A stretch of DNA of 64,000 nt, from NCBI RefSeq assembly GCF_001194135.2, contig NC_068985.1, positions 85,643,787 through 85,707,786 of the forward strand, in the 5' to 3' direction. Below are positions 40,481-54,934 of the stretch, piece by piece. Each line of letters opens with the position of its first letter. Positions within the stretch are counted from its first letter, which is position 1. The notes below the pieces were generated by a model. It was not told the origin of the DNA and ran no database searches. It worked only from the letters and a program-made list of their open reading frames with translations. The DNA comes from Octopus bimaculoides. Taxonomy: Eukaryota. Both the position numbers and the translations under genes were made by a program.

Positions 40481-41984
40481 AGGAGATATCTTTGATAGAT
40501 TCTCTCCTGAAAGAGAAATTTATATAAAACCCACTGGAATACTTGACCCTCACCAGGATCATACTTACCCTAAGACCAACATTTACTCCCACATGCACTC
40601 ATTCCTCTCGCATCTCTACATAACTTGGATATCAAAATAACTTCGACACACTCTTATTCATGGTTTGATAGACTTTCATAAACTTCACTTTCTTAAACCA
40701 CTTTGTACACCTGTGCAACATCTAGACATCACTTATATCTTCACTTCCAGTTCATCCACGCATAAACTTCACTTCTGGTACAGTTTCTGAAGCCATACTA
40801 CACTTCCTGTTACACAGACAAACAAGCATCACAAAACTCATTACTGACAAGACATTTGCTCATACAAATTTATACGACCAGTTTATCAAATAAGTATATC
40901 ACACACCTGACAAAACAATTTAACAGTGTATAAGCTGTCACAAAAATTTTTTGTCATTCATTAATAATCTAATGAACATAAATTTGTCTAATCAAACAAT
41001 AAATGAATAAAGATAAAAAAGAAAAACGAAAGAGAAAACAACAAACTATGATCCTGTTCACACTTTTGTGGATGTTAAAGTGAAGAGAATAGTGATGATT
41101 GATGTTGATATCTCAGAGAGAAAGTCTGGTTTCTGTAAGTCTATTTATGAGACCAAATGTATTACTGGTATTCATTTCATCCGTCCATTAATTCCAGAAC
41201 AAAATAAAAATATATATAAATAAAATGATCAAACACTTGTAAGACAGAAACCTGAGATATGACATTGAAATAGCAGGAAATATTGGAGTTTGGAATTTTG
41301 TCATCTGGGACAATTTGAAAACTGTATGTATGTATGTGTGTATGGATGTATGGATGTATGTATGTGTGTGTGAATGTATGTACGTACGTACGTACGTACA
41401 TACGTATGTAATGTATGTATGTATGTATGCATGTATGCATGCATGTATGTACATATGCATGTGTGTATGCGTGTATGTAATCATTTCCAGCTCTTGTTTG
41501 GTTCTTCTATGATTAAGTCTTGAACGAAAGAGAAATCATGGTTGAGCCTAGAAATGCAGGAACTCAAAATTTACAATGAATGGAACTAAACACCACCAGG
41601 CATTTAATCCTGGACTTTATTCTGCATAAACATCACCACCACCACCACCACCCTGCCAATAATCATCATTATTTTACATCCAGCTTGTTTCACATCTTGC
41701 TATTTATAGCAATATGAATAATTTCTAAAAAGCTCCTAATTTGATTCTATCTTCCCACAAACCCAATAATTAACTTATATTTATTTTACTGAACCCAGAG
41801 GAATTAAAGATAGAGTCAGTTGCAGTCAGATTCAAAATCAGAATTTAAAAAGGAAAAATGCAATAAAAAACACTTGGTTACTTCTATTGATCTCTTTGAT
41901 TGTTCAGCCTTAATATTTCAAATTAGACAGAGTGACACTAATTTGTGATATGCTTGGTCATACAGAAAGGAAATTGTCCAGATA

Positions 41985-42170
41985 ATTACTCTCAAAGACA
42001 ATCAGGTAAAGAGATATCTGCTTGTGTGCATAGGAATCCCAACAGATGGAAAATACACCCCAAAAATAGAGAAATATATATCTTGATATATCCTATAAAA
42101 CAGAGAAATTATCCAAATATAATGATCTAGAAACAGAGATAACCAGAATATGGAGGGCAGAAGTAATTTG
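41985..42170 (+). mobile_element. R4/Dong-type RLE endonuclease fragment
   Basis: CPDIILKDNQ.KRYLLVCIGIPTDG...TEKLSKYNDLETEITRIW with frameshifts. Same motif as the copy at 57160-57444. Confidence 0.7.
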
Positions 42171-42246
42171 TATAATAATGAGTTGTTTGGGAAGGATGAA
42201 AGCATGAAAAAAGATGCAGGAGGATGAGGCAGAAGAGGATGTACTC

Positions 42247-42254
<8 letters not shown>

Positions 42255-42335
<81 letters not shown>

Positions 42336-42340
42336 AAGAA
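42255..42340. repeat. (GA)n microsatellite
   Basis: Read directly. Confidence 0.98.
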
Positions 42341-44730
42341 AGAGAGAGCAAGTGAGGGGAGAGAGAAAGTGCTGGTACTTTTGACTGTAGTTCTTTAAGG
42401 CCAGGGTGTCCTGAATAATTAAACATTCTCGGTCAAAGATGTTGTAGCCATGACTATTAAGTCTGGTTTTTAAATTTGGGACCAAAGTCTTCATGCAATT
42501 TTTGATTTCATAGAATTTGGTTCTTACTCTGTGAAGGTAAAATGTCTTGAAAAACAAAACAAAAACAAAAACAAAAAATGAAAATGCGGTTCCATGTCTC
42601 ATTGGAATGGTATTCAAACAACGAGTGTTGGGTGGGATGGGGTGGAGTGGTTCCTATGGTCAAAATGATGAGGAATGAGAAGAAAAAAAAAACATTACTA
42701 ATTCTACCCTTAAGACAGAAATTGAAATCAATAAAACGATCTGATTGAACAGACTAGACTGAGCTGCAAAACAATATATAAAATAAAATATCAGCAAAGA
42801 AACAAAAAAAAAAAAAGCCAAAAACCATAAATAAAAACATATAAGGTAAGTTTTTTCAAAAATAAAAACGAAAACTATTGGGAGAGAAATATTAAATAAT
42901 CAAAAAATGTCCATCTTTAGTCTAGCAGAGAGAGATCTAAATTCTCTGGAGATTAGATATATGGCTACTGTGTCTATTTCTGAAGACAAGTAATTTTAAC
43001 ATGCAGCAACAATGTGTGTGTGTGTGTGTCTGTATACACACATACATTTGTGTTGTGTATATTTATATGTATCACATATGCATGTATAACATATATATGT
43101 ACACACATACATATATATAAATATATAACATGCATATCTGTAGGTTTTATGCATTAAATACATTACATATATATGTGTGTGTTTGTGTGTATATATATAT
43201 AGGCACATTCCCACACAAATATATTATGTATCTGCATGTGTGTATATGTATGTATATGCACGTGCACACACACACACACATACATACAACTAAATACATG
43301 TATTCCACTTACATGAATGTTACTAAGCCAAAGCACCCCACCCCCTACACACACATATGCAAAGCAAGAATTACTGTAAAAGACTTTGAAAACCAGGGTT
43401 AGATTGGCTGCATTAAGTTAAGACTATCATTACAAAACTAGGTTTTTCTCTTATGTTTTATAAATGTCCATTTATTTGTTTTGGTGGTGTCAGCCTTTTG
43501 TCATTGAATGCGTGTCTGTGTGTGTATACTTATCGACACACATATATATATATATACATCTGTGCATTTATAGTCACTCGCGTATATATGTTAACCCATG
43601 AATGGTAAACCTGAAGACATTGTCAACCTTTTCCTTATAAAAATCGATTTGAAATCTTAAATGTTTTCAGCAATCCTTCAATTAAAATGATTGTTTTTTT
43701 ATATAATGATGCCTAGAATAAAACATTAATATATAATAAAACAAACATTCATATATATTTATGTGGCACCTTGGGCAAATGTCTTCTACCATAGCCTTGG
43801 ACTGACCAAAGCCTTGAGAGTGGATTTAGTAGAGGGNNNNNNNNNNNNNNNNNNNNNNNNNNNNNNNNNNNNNNNNNNNNNNNNNNNNNNNNNNNNNNNN
43901 NNNNNNNNNNNNNNNNNNNNNNNNNNNNNNNNNNNNNNNNNNNNNNNNNNNNNNNNNNNNNNNNNNNNNNNNNNNNNNNNNNNNNNNNNNNNNNNNNNNN
44001 NNNNNNNNNNNNNNNNNNNNNNNNNNNNNNNNNNNNNNNNNNNNNNNNNNNNNNNNNNNNNNNNNNNNNNNNNNNNNNNNNNNNNNNNNNNNNNNNNNNN
44101 NNNNNNNNNNNNNNNNNNNNNNNNNNNNNNNNNNNNNNNNNNNNNNNNNNNNNNNNNNNNNNNNNNNNNNNNNNNNNNNNNNNNNNNNNNNNNNNNNNNN
44201 NNNNNNNNNNNNNNNNNNNNNNNNNNNNNNNNNNNNNNNNNNNNNNNNNNNNNNNNNNNNNNNNNNNNNNNNNNNNNNNNNNNNNNNNNNNNNNNNNNNN
44301 NNNNNNNNNNNNNNNNNNNNNNNNNNNNNNNNNNNNNNNNNNNNNNNNNNNNNNNNNNNNNNNNNNNNNNNNNNNNNNNNNNNNNNNNNNNNNNNNNNNN
44401 NNNNNNNNNNNNNNNNNNNNNNNNNNNNNNNNNNNNNNNNNNNNNNNNNNNNNNNNNNNNNNNNNNNNNNNNNNNNNNNNNNNNNNNNNNNNNNNNNNNN
44501 NNNNNNNNNNNNNNNNNNNNNNNNNNNNNNNNNNNNNNNNNNNNNNNNNNNNNNNNNNNNNNNNNNNNNNNNNNNNNNNNNNNNNNNNNNNNNNNNNNNN
44601 NNNNNNNNNNNNNNNNNNNNNNNNNNNNNNNNNNNNNNNNNNNNNNNNNNNNNNNNNNNNNNNNNNNNNNNNNNNNNNNNNNNNNNNNNNNNNNNNNNNN
44701 NNNNNNNNNNNNNNNNNNNNNNNNNNNNNN

Positions 44731-45090
44731 AGCATGATCGTTACCAGTGTCACTTTACTGACACTTGTGCCGGTGGCACGTGCAAAACAACATCTGAGCG
44801 AGGTTGTTGCCAGTGCAGCTGGACTGGCTCTTGTGCAGATGGCACTTAAAATACACCATTTGAGCATGGCCGACACCAGTACCGCCTGACTGGCCCTCAT
44901 ACCGGTGGCACCTAAAAGCACCCACTACACTCTTGGAGTGGTTGGCATTAGGAAGGGCATCCAGCTGTAGAAAGTCTGCCAGATCAGACTTGAGCCTGGT
45001 GCAGCCATCTAGCTTGCCAGTCCTCAATCAAACCATCCAACACATGCCAGCATGGAAAGTGGACATTAAACGATGATGATGATGATGATG
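44731..45090 (+). mobile_element. RTE-tail family copy with at least three internal units; 5' end lost in gap
   Basis: Same units and tail as 37820-38422. Confidence 0.8.
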
Positions 45091-46716
45091 ATATATATAC
45101 ACACACATTTCTATGAAAAGTATATTGTTCTAATGATCACATTTCTATGTTTGCATGGGTCAGAGTTTATTGAAGCAGATTTTTTGCCTCTGTATGCTCT
45201 TCTTATTGCCAACCTTTACTTGTCTGCCAAACTGCTAACTTATAGGGACATAAACAAACACCAGTTATCAAGTGGTGGGCAACAAGCAAAAACACATATA
45301 GATCCAGCCACACACACACACATACACACATGTATGACTGAACTTCCAAATAATTTCCACTGGTTGTATTTATTCACAAGGAATTTGTTAGCCCAGGTCT
45401 CCAGGGCTAAACTAGTAGCTTATATTCCCATTATCATCTGTTGCTTTTAGGGAATTTGACATGATGAAGAAGTGAAGCTAACAAGTGTTTAGGGTTCAGT
45501 TTGGTAAAAAATGTTCCAATTTGATAAAAAAAAAAAAAAAGACAAGATATAAAACTAAATATTAGATAATTAAGGACGGTAAGGAAAAGAGGAAAAAAGA
45601 AGCACATCGATAATGATAAGTTTTCTCCTGAAAATAAACGAAACACAACAAGGTTCTCTGGTAACATGTGATCTTTAGATGATAAGTTGTAAACAATATC
45701 AACTTAAAGATTATTGAGAAATTTTAGCCTCATAAAAATGGTAGCAAATGATGTGGTGTCTACCCCATGGAGAAAAGACCAGTCCCAAAAAACTCAGTTC
45801 ATCTGGGGATGTATTTAAGTTCCAAGTTTGAAAAATTTGGTAAATGTAAACACACCAATAAGTTCATATTACATAATTGCATAGAGACTACAAGTGTAAG
45901 CAATGGGTTCTCGATGCAGAATTTTCAAATATATGCTTCCTTTTTTCCTTCTTTGTCTCCTTTTATCATTTAGTTTGTTTTCTTTCTTTTCCTTCAAATT
46001 TGGAATTTCTTACCGAACTGATCCATATGCAACTGTTATCTTTGTTAGAACCCTGTTTTTCTTTAAGACTTAGGATTTACAAACAAGGCAACAATCCAAA
46101 CATCAAAAGATGTGACTCGTTTAATTTACTCAGTAGTTATTTCCCTTATACAAATTATGATAATAAATTATGAATTTGAGAAAGAAAATCTTTTCTCAGA
46201 GTGCTAAAAATGCTTCAAACAGAAGTAAAAAGAGCTTCTTTGCTTTAAAACCACATGACTTAGTTGAGGCTACATGGGCATTAAGATATCATGCAACGTC
46301 TGATGAGATGTAATTAACTTGTTTTGAGCATTCTGAAACTTACATTAACAATGACAGGTCTATTGTAATTGTAACATAATTAATTTTGATTCAAACCTTA
46401 CAAGTAACTGTTTCGTTGTGCACACATAGGTGTCTCCAGGGGTCAGAAACAGTGAAAACAGCAGCAGATTTTAAAGTCAAAATAAATTATCATAAAACTA
46501 AAGGAAACATTTGCCCAAGAAGGTTCTGCACAGTGGAATCCAACACAAGACCACTTGGTTACCATGCAAAGCATCTTAATCTCTCAGCCAAACCAAGGCA
46601 ACTGGTTTGATATACTATTTAAGATTTCTTTATTTCTTTGGTTCAACAACTCTTACATTTGTGTGCATGTGAGCATTATGTGAATAGTTTCATATATATA
46701 CATAAATATATATATA

Positions 46717-46767
<51 letters not shown>

Positions 46768-46771
46768 CATA

Positions 46772-46803
<32 letters not shown>

Positions 46804-48310
46804 AGACTGTCTGTTTATCAGTATATGTGCGGGTAAGGAAGATGGTATGAAATTTTTGTATTATGTGTATATATCTATACATGTGTGTGTGTAAATATAT
46901 ACACACATACATGAATGTTTGTATATACACACCCACCCACGCACACTCACTCCCACACATACACGTGTATTTATATGCAATGTGTATGTGAATGTGTGTG
47001 TGTTTTCTTGTATCTTTAAGTGTATTCACGAATGTGTTATTAAGAAGGTGAATGTGTGTAAATGTGTATTTATATTGATGCACATGTGTATATATGTGTG
47101 TATATATGCATTGGGTAAATGTCAAAAGCAAAAGGACATTTCCATGGATGACATACAACTGATGAAGCAACAACGAGTAGGTGGCTTGCAAGATAAAAAA
47201 AAAAGTCCTTGTCTTCTTCTGCATCTTCCATTTCTTTCACACAGCTGCTGTCACCATTTTCATTTCTTACAACCTTCCATTTGTCAGTTGGAAGAAATCA
47301 AAGGTGATTGTGTGATGTTCATGCAGTTCTTGTGTTTTATTAGTAAACATTATTTTGGAGGGAGACTAACTGTGGCCCAGTTTATCGTCACCAGATGAAC
47401 CTTGGGGGACCCCTGATTGAAGTATCCATGCCAGGTCTTTACCCTGAGGATAAGACGATACCTTCCTGCAACAAGCCTCACACACTCTGAAAAGGCTCGT
47501 AGGTGCTGCCTTTCTTATTGTTATGAAGCCATTAAAAAAAACAAAGCTAGCCCATTAAAAATTGACTCTAAGCCATTAAAAATAAATTGTAAAAAATATT
47601 TACAATATTTAAATTCTTATTTGCAGGCAGACCATGAGGTAAAGAAGTTTGCCTTGCACACACACACACACACACACACATTTCAAAGTACTTTTCCCTT
47701 CGTACCATATTTTCTGATCAATAACATTGTTAGTTATAGGTTTCCAATGGCTCAATCACTGCTTTGCTTCATTTTATGATGGTAGCAGTGACAAGAGAGC
47801 ATCAGTGCAACTCAGGTGTAATAAATAGCACACAAGGTATTTCTGTTGTAAAGCACCAATTTATTGGCTTTCTCACCAATGTTTACATCTTTCAGTGATA
47901 TACATTGGAGAAAAATATATACCACATACACACACATATGTGTGTGTGTGTGTATACACCTACACACATACATAAAATGAAATGTACATCAAGACATAAA
48001 TGCACACGTTTATAGAGACACAGATACACACACACAAAGATAAGCAGATTCTTATGGAGGCCCCACACAGCACACATGAAGTTGTAATCTTTCACACGCA
48101 TAAACAAAGATTTGTGCAGCAAAATCACAGGGATGAAAACTGCCCCCTCCTGCTGCACATATCACACATGCAAGTATGCATGCCCAAGGAAGCACATGCA
48201 CACATAACTGCAACAGTATGCAACCTTCCTCTATCTACAAAAACACATTAATATATGTATATTATGCAAATACGCACATATTCAAACATGTATTTAAACA
48301 TACATTAAGC

Positions 48311-48348
<38 letters not shown>

Positions 48349-48466
48349 ACACATACACATTTATATGTTCATGGATTCCTAACGAGGCTTACCCAAATAT
48401 CAATAATTACATAGACTTAGATATAAACAAACAGTTGAAAAACCTCTCTGTAACTGTTCTTCACAG

Positions 48467-48524
48467 AAAAATCTAAAAATCTGTTCTATCGACAAACCAC
48501 TAACAGCCCATTATCAGACAAATG
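48467..48524 (+). CDS. Candidate internal exon of an unidentified gene
   Basis: Acceptor CTCTCTGTAACTGTTCTTCACAG, donor ATG|GTAAGC. Open frames: KNLKICSIDKPLTAHYQTN or KSKNLFYRQTTNSPLSDK. Confidence 0.3.
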
Positions 48525-51249
48525 GTAAGCGTTGCTGCTATCAATCTCTTCCATCATTGTCTAACGACACACATTCACTGATTTTGATTAAAAATAGGGA
48601 AAAAAAATTGCTTTTCTTGATGAAATTTATATTTCTGGTAGAGTAATTAATATTTTCCCTCCATTTACTGACTTGTTATTGTTTTTGTTGTTGTAATCTT
48701 CTGTTCATTAATCTCAGTGTGAGCAAAAAGGAAATAAACAAAACTTGAGTTACATTAGGTTTAAGTGAATGGACGATTTAGATCCATCTTTGGTTTGTTT
48801 GATAGTCTTTGACTTGTGATTTCCATCAGTTCTGTTGTTGATTTAACAATGCAATGTCAGATGACTTGTCTTGGGCCCTCAAGTGCTGATGACATCATTA
48901 GGATATCATTGTGACTTATAGTGTACCTTGGAAGTCATCCCTCTCCATAGCTGACCATAACCAAGAGAGAGAGAGAGAGAGAGCAGGAGAGAGAGAAAGA
49001 GAGAGCAGGAGAGAGAGAAAGAGAGAGAGAGAGGAATAATTGACTCCAGGATAGGACTGGTACTTCCTTTACTGACCCTTAAAGACAAAATTGACTATGG
49101 TGTGATTTGAACATTGGTATGAATACTGAGGGTTAGAATAAATGCTGCAAAGTAATTCTAGCTGACATTCCAGCAAACTCATCAATGTTATCATGGGAGA
49201 TGTGATGGGAATGAAAACGAAAAAAATTACTTACATTAGATTTGTTCTGAGAACCTCAAAAGCTGTTAGGCCTACACATTGTAACAAGACATTGAGTGTT
49301 TCATATAACAATTTGAACATGTTTTCTACTTTCTTTGACAAATTTTCCATGAAGTGGCAAACTTCAGATCTCATTTTGGAATAGGACTCTAGTCTACAGG
49401 AGACAACTTCATCCATAACAGAACTTGCCACTACAAGCTCACTGAGAAATTTTACAAATGTGTAGGTGATGCAAGACTGAGGTATATTCAACCACTCTGA
49501 GATACTTATTGCAACCTTTGCATATTGTCTTGTTATGTCTCCTTCTTGACAACGGTGACGCAATGTAAACTATGTTCTTTTTTAGCTGGAAAACTGTTTT
49601 ATAACTGATTTGCCCATCCAGGGTCATCACTGAGATCTTATAGACAAGATTAAAGTCACCTCTATGAAGTCATTCACCCTGCTAGAAATACCAGCCAAAT
49701 TACACCTTACCTATTTCTTACCAACTTTCCTCTACCACCATGATTATGGCCTCTCTTCCTCAGACATGACCACTCTCATGTCACCTGTGTCTTGTTACTA
49801 CTAACCCGCTCATCTCTCTTCATCTCATTACCTATACTGCATCTAATGACCCCAACCATGCCCTGTACTAACCCCTATCCTTAGAACTCACCCTTTCATC
49901 ATTCTCCTTGCCCGTGTCTTCCCTACAGAAACATTAATGGCAACAATCCTGCAAAAGTATGGCATGGAGACACATAATGGATATTTGGATTCACTCTATC
50001 TGAAAGATGGCATGGTCACAGATGGAGTGTCTTTCGTTAACAACCAAAGAAGAGCTGGAATTGAATAACAACAACAACACCCTGCATCCCCACCCCAGCT
50101 GCCAGCACCTACCATGTCCAGCATTTTCGGCTAAGATCAAATCAAAGTCTTCACAGCCAAATATTCCTCCAGAACTAAATCTGTTGGATACCATTTCCTC
50201 TCTTTTTAACATTCTTCCCTAGCAGTTTCCCCATGTTAGCACCAGTGCATCAGTATACCTCTTCTTATACCACACAGCCTATCTGTCTAATCACAAATTA
50301 TGCAACTAGTGCATAAAGAAAATTAAATTGTGCACTAAAAATATTGAATATAGGAGATACGTGGTGTAGCCTTTCCATGCATCTTTAAAACAAAAACAGT
50401 ACTTCATATAATTCAATCAGAAATTTCTTTTCCTAAAAAAAAAGCTCATAAAAACATGTGGATACAAAGTTTTTTTTTCCTGTAACTATAACATCCAGGC
50501 CAAAATTACGTTTAATATTTTCTGGCTTATATGCACTAAAGAATTCTCTGGAATATTTTCTTTTTTGGTTGTCAGTAGAAAAGAACTTGTGCATTGTAAA
50601 ATTTTGCACAGATAGACCATTAAAAAATAAGAAAAAGAGATAAATAAAATGCTACTTTTTTCTGTTATTTTTCCTCTTTTCTTTCTGAAAATTTTCATAT
50701 TTCTATATGAACTTTTGGATTATCTCAAAGTTAGTGCAGTGGGTTTCAGTCTGAGATGAAATGTAATATGCAGGCATAGTTTTAATAGATAATGCACTCT
50801 ATCAATCATTTTTATACTTTCACATTAAATGGTAAATAACATACACACTGGCACACATACATATGTACACATATACATACACATACATATATACATACAA
50901 ACATAAACACATGCATATATGTGTATGGATATATGGATCTTCAATCAATGGGGATCTTAGCTACTAAATCCATTACAGTTTTGTGTAACTCAACAAGGGA
51001 ACCTGTACACAGTTGAACTAGAATAGCAAAAATATCTCTTGAATTCCACCTTACTGTTTAAATAAAAGAAAGAAAATATTGGACAATGAAGTTGAGGGAA
51101 ATATAGAAAAATATGGGATGGGCAAGGTTGGAACCCTTTTAATCACTAGACAGCTTGCAGCAGTTTTACTGACTCCAATATTATTCTTGTTCCTGTGCTT
51201 TGGCGGTTTTGTCATTACAACAAGGGAGCTAAGAACTTGAATGGATATA

Positions 51250-51689
51250 TGGGATGAAGTGGTGAAGCGTGATCTCTGAACATTGGGCCTTACAGATGCA
51301 AATGACCAGTGACCGAGATCTTTGGCGATATGCTGTAGTTGAGAAGACCTGTCAAGCCAAGTAAAATCGCAGTTGTGGCTGATGCTGGTGTCACATAACC
51401 AGCACCCGTGCAGGTGGCATGTAAAATCACCTTTCAAGCATTGAACCTCACAGAGTTAAAGTGGTTGAGCTCCTTTTGAGTGTTGGACCTCACAGAGGCA
51501 ATGACCGAGACCTTTGGCATTATGTTGTGCTTGAGAAGAGGACCCATCAGAGAAGGGCATCCAGCCGTAGAAACCATACTGAAACAGACTGGATTCTGGT
51601 GCAGCCTTCCAGCTTGCCAGCCCTGGTCAAACTGTCCAACCCATGCCAGCATGGACAATGGACGTTAAGTGATGATGATGATGATGATG
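51250..51689 (+). mobile_element. RTE-clade LINE 3' end with ORF remnant, 3' UTR and (GAT)n tail
   Basis: WDEVVKRDL*TLGLTDA/MTSDRDLWRYAVVEKT (RTE-like C-terminus), then the shared tail GAAGGGCATCCAGC...AACCCATGCCAGCATGGA...(GAT)n. Confidence 0.75.
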
Positions 51690-51698
51690 ACGTATGTG

Positions 51699-51733
<35 letters not shown>

Positions 51734-52045
51734 NNNNNNNNNNNNNNNNNNNNNNNNNNNNNNNNNNNNNNNNNNNNNNNNNNNNNNNNNNNNNNNNNNN
51801 NNNNNNNNNNNNNNNNNNNNNNNNNNNNNNNNNNNNNNNNNNNNNNNNNNNNNNNNNNNNNNNNNNNNNNNNNNNNNNNNNNNNNNNNNNNNNNNNNNNN
51901 NNNNNNNNNNNNNNNNNNNNNNNNNNNNNNNNNNNNNNNNNNNNNNNNNNNNNNNNNNNNNNNNNNNNNNNNNNNNNNNNNNNNNNNNNNNNNNNNNNNN
52001 NNNNNNNNNNNNNNNNNNNNNNNNNNNNNNNNNNNNNNNNNNNNN

Positions 52046-52113
<68 letters not shown>

Positions 52114-52487
52114 AAGAGGAGAAGGTGTATATTATTGTGGATTTGTGTATTCAAATTGCAGGCACAAATGAAATGTATAACATAATGAAACAAAGTCATA
52201 AAGATCAATAAATTTATGTATTAAAAGATATATCGATAGATAATTAAATTAAAGTGAAATAAGCTTAGTTTGCAAATAGCTGTGGATGCTACATTTTTTA
52301 TCTTTTATGTATTACAGAACAAAGGCTGTGGCCATGCTGGGGCACCACCATTATTCATTTTGCTTTGGTATTAGGTTTAAATGCTTATCAGTATTATGAG
52401 AATAGACAAATACATCAGCAGGAGGGAAAATAGATATTCCAGTGTGCTTATGTACACCATGGAATTTCCATGAGTCCTGCTATTATT

Positions 52488-52715
52488 AAGGTGGTGAGCT
52501 GGCAGAATCGTTAGCACACTGGACAAAATGCTTAGAAGGGTTTCACCTGCCGTTACGTTCAAATTTCGCTGAGGTCAACTTAGCCTTTCATCATTTCGGG
52601 GTCAATACATTAAGTACCAGTGAAACACGGAGGGTCGATGTATTTGACTGATCCCCTCCTCCAAAATTTCAGGCCTTGCACCTATAGCAGAAAGGATTAT
52701 TATTATTATTATTAA
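52488..52715 (+). mobile_element. tRNA-headed SINE family D; other copies ~2680-2755(+), 8135-8345(-), 32675-32825(+), 49050-49180(-), 62960-63060(-)
   Basis: GGTGAGCTGGCAGAATCGTTAGCAC (A box), GTTCAAAT (B box), GAGGTCAACTT.GCCTTTCATC.TTTCGGGGTC, with a (TTA)n tail. Confidence 0.8.
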
Positions 52716-54756
52716 AACTCTTGGCTTATTGTTGATATTTTCTATCAGTTTCTACCCTTGATTACATAGTAGTGAGAGGAGAATCCCTGGAGTCCTGGTG
52801 ATGGTGAGAACAATTTAAGGGTCCCTGCATTTCAATGATTCTTTATTGCCTGTTTTTGACACAGGGAGGGAATTAGCTGAGAGTCAGTAGAGCATCCAGT
52901 TGGCTGGAATAATTTGCAGTATTTGTTTCAACTCTTTATTCTGGGTTCAAACCTAGCTAATGATAACTTTGTTTTTCTTCTTTTAGGGGTTTAATAAAGT
53001 GGTAACCCAGAACAGTTGAGTGGTGGTATTGTTAGAATGTGGGTGGAGACATCTAGGAGGATCTGCCAAGGAGCAGAAAATAAAAGAAAGAACAAAAGAA
53101 ACAGGGAGTAAAAAAAAAGAAAAAGAGAGGAAGCACTTATTAACATGATAATTAACCCCTGCTGAGCTTTGATTATGCACCCCATTGGTTATCATAATTA
53201 ATCCCTTAAATCATGGTTTGCTGTTTAGTTCCAGGTGAGCCCTAATTATATGTCACTGACCCAATCAATGTTATTCCATTCCTTTCCATTCACAAACTAC
53301 CTGTTTTTTTTTCTTTTTTCACACAAAACCTTTGAATGACAATATCTGATGAGTTCTTCTCTTATTAAGATGGTAGAATGTGATTTGAAGTAGATTAAGC
53401 TGCTCTTTCCCTGATAGAATCATTGGAGCATTAAACAAAAATACTCCCCATTATTTGTTTTAGCTTTTTGCATCCTGACTTCAAAATTTTGTTGACAGCA
53501 ACTTTGTCGTTCATATTTCTTTGATTGATAAACTGAAACAGCATTCAAGTACTTTCAATGCAACCAACTGACCCTAAACCCACTGGAAATTTGGGGTCTT
53601 CAGCATCGTCACCATTATTTTTAAATACCACTTTTCAATGCTTTTATGGGTTACATGAAATTCATTAAGGCAAATTTCCTATGGCAAGATGCCTTTTTTT
53701 TTGTTGCTGGCCCTTACCTATTCCCAAATAAGGCAATATTTTCATATAGCCATTGAAAATGAAGGACACCACTTGCATGATGGTGGCGCTCGTTTACAAC
53801 TATCAAGCAATATCAAGACAAGGAGACACTAACATACACACACACACTACATTTACAGCAGATTTCTTTTAATGTCTGTTTACGATATCCCCATACGATG
53901 CTTTGGTCAACCAGGGGCTATAGTAGAAGACACTTGCCCAAGGTGGTGCACCATTGGATTGAACCAGAAACCCTGAGAAGTCAACTCCTCAAGCACATAA
54001 CCATGCCTACATCTTATAAAAGAAACTACATTCATGGCGACTGCTGAATCTTTTCCTTTTACTGGTGTACATCTATTGTCCTCACATCTGTGAAACCAAA
54101 GATAAGGAGGAGGAGGAGCAAGAGGAGGAGGAATTTTTTTTTTCATAATCCTTTGTTCCCATAATTGTTTTTGCAAGTGAATGCCGTTCCTCTTGCTAAC
54201 CACTGAACCATGTGAATTAGTAAAACCCTTATTATTACTTAATCTTAAATGAGGGCCAAATGCAGCATAAAAGAACAAACAGAAAACAAGAACCCAAGAA
54301 AGCCGCATTGAACCAAAAAAACAACAATAACCGATAGAAAATTCTATGAAATAATGTCATAGTTTAGGTGGACTAATTAACACCTCATCAAAATAAGTGA
54401 AATTTAGCATAGCAATTAGCATAACGAATGTTGCACACAAATGAGATACAATGCTTCATCTGTTTTCAAAGAACAATCAACAGTTTTCGATTAAATGTTA
54501 AGTATTTCACTGATATTTTCGGCACACGCAACCAAATTTATTCTGATGTTGTGGTGTTTTTATTCATCTAATTAATTAGCATATTGAAAAATGTAATATA
54601 ATAGAATTGATAAAAATAAGATGATGATGTTCATGATGATGATTAATAAATAAATAAATAAATAAATGTTACTATCTCCCACTTGGGATATTACTCTTTT
54701 AGTAATGCAAACAAAGTAACAGGAAAAAGCTATAAATGCACGTTGGTGTGTGTGCA

Positions 54757-54794
<38 letters not shown>

Positions 54795-54934
54795 TATACA
54801 CACATGCTATATTTTGATATGTTTGCGTATGTCTGCATTTATACATGTTTGTGTATCTATCAATCTCTTTATCTTTATTCTCTCTCTCTCTCTCTCCCTA
54901 TATAAATACAATATATACAATATATATATATATA

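Noticed and set aside
40505-40545. CTGAAAGA...AAAC after the PLE endonuclease
   Set aside because: No stem II or cleavage triplet, and it probably lies within the decayed ORF end.
41047-41134. Protein-like frame YDPVHTFVDVKVKRIVMIDVDISERKSGF ending at GTAAGT
   Set aside because: In-frame stops lie 40 nt upstream and there is no pyrimidine-rich acceptor.
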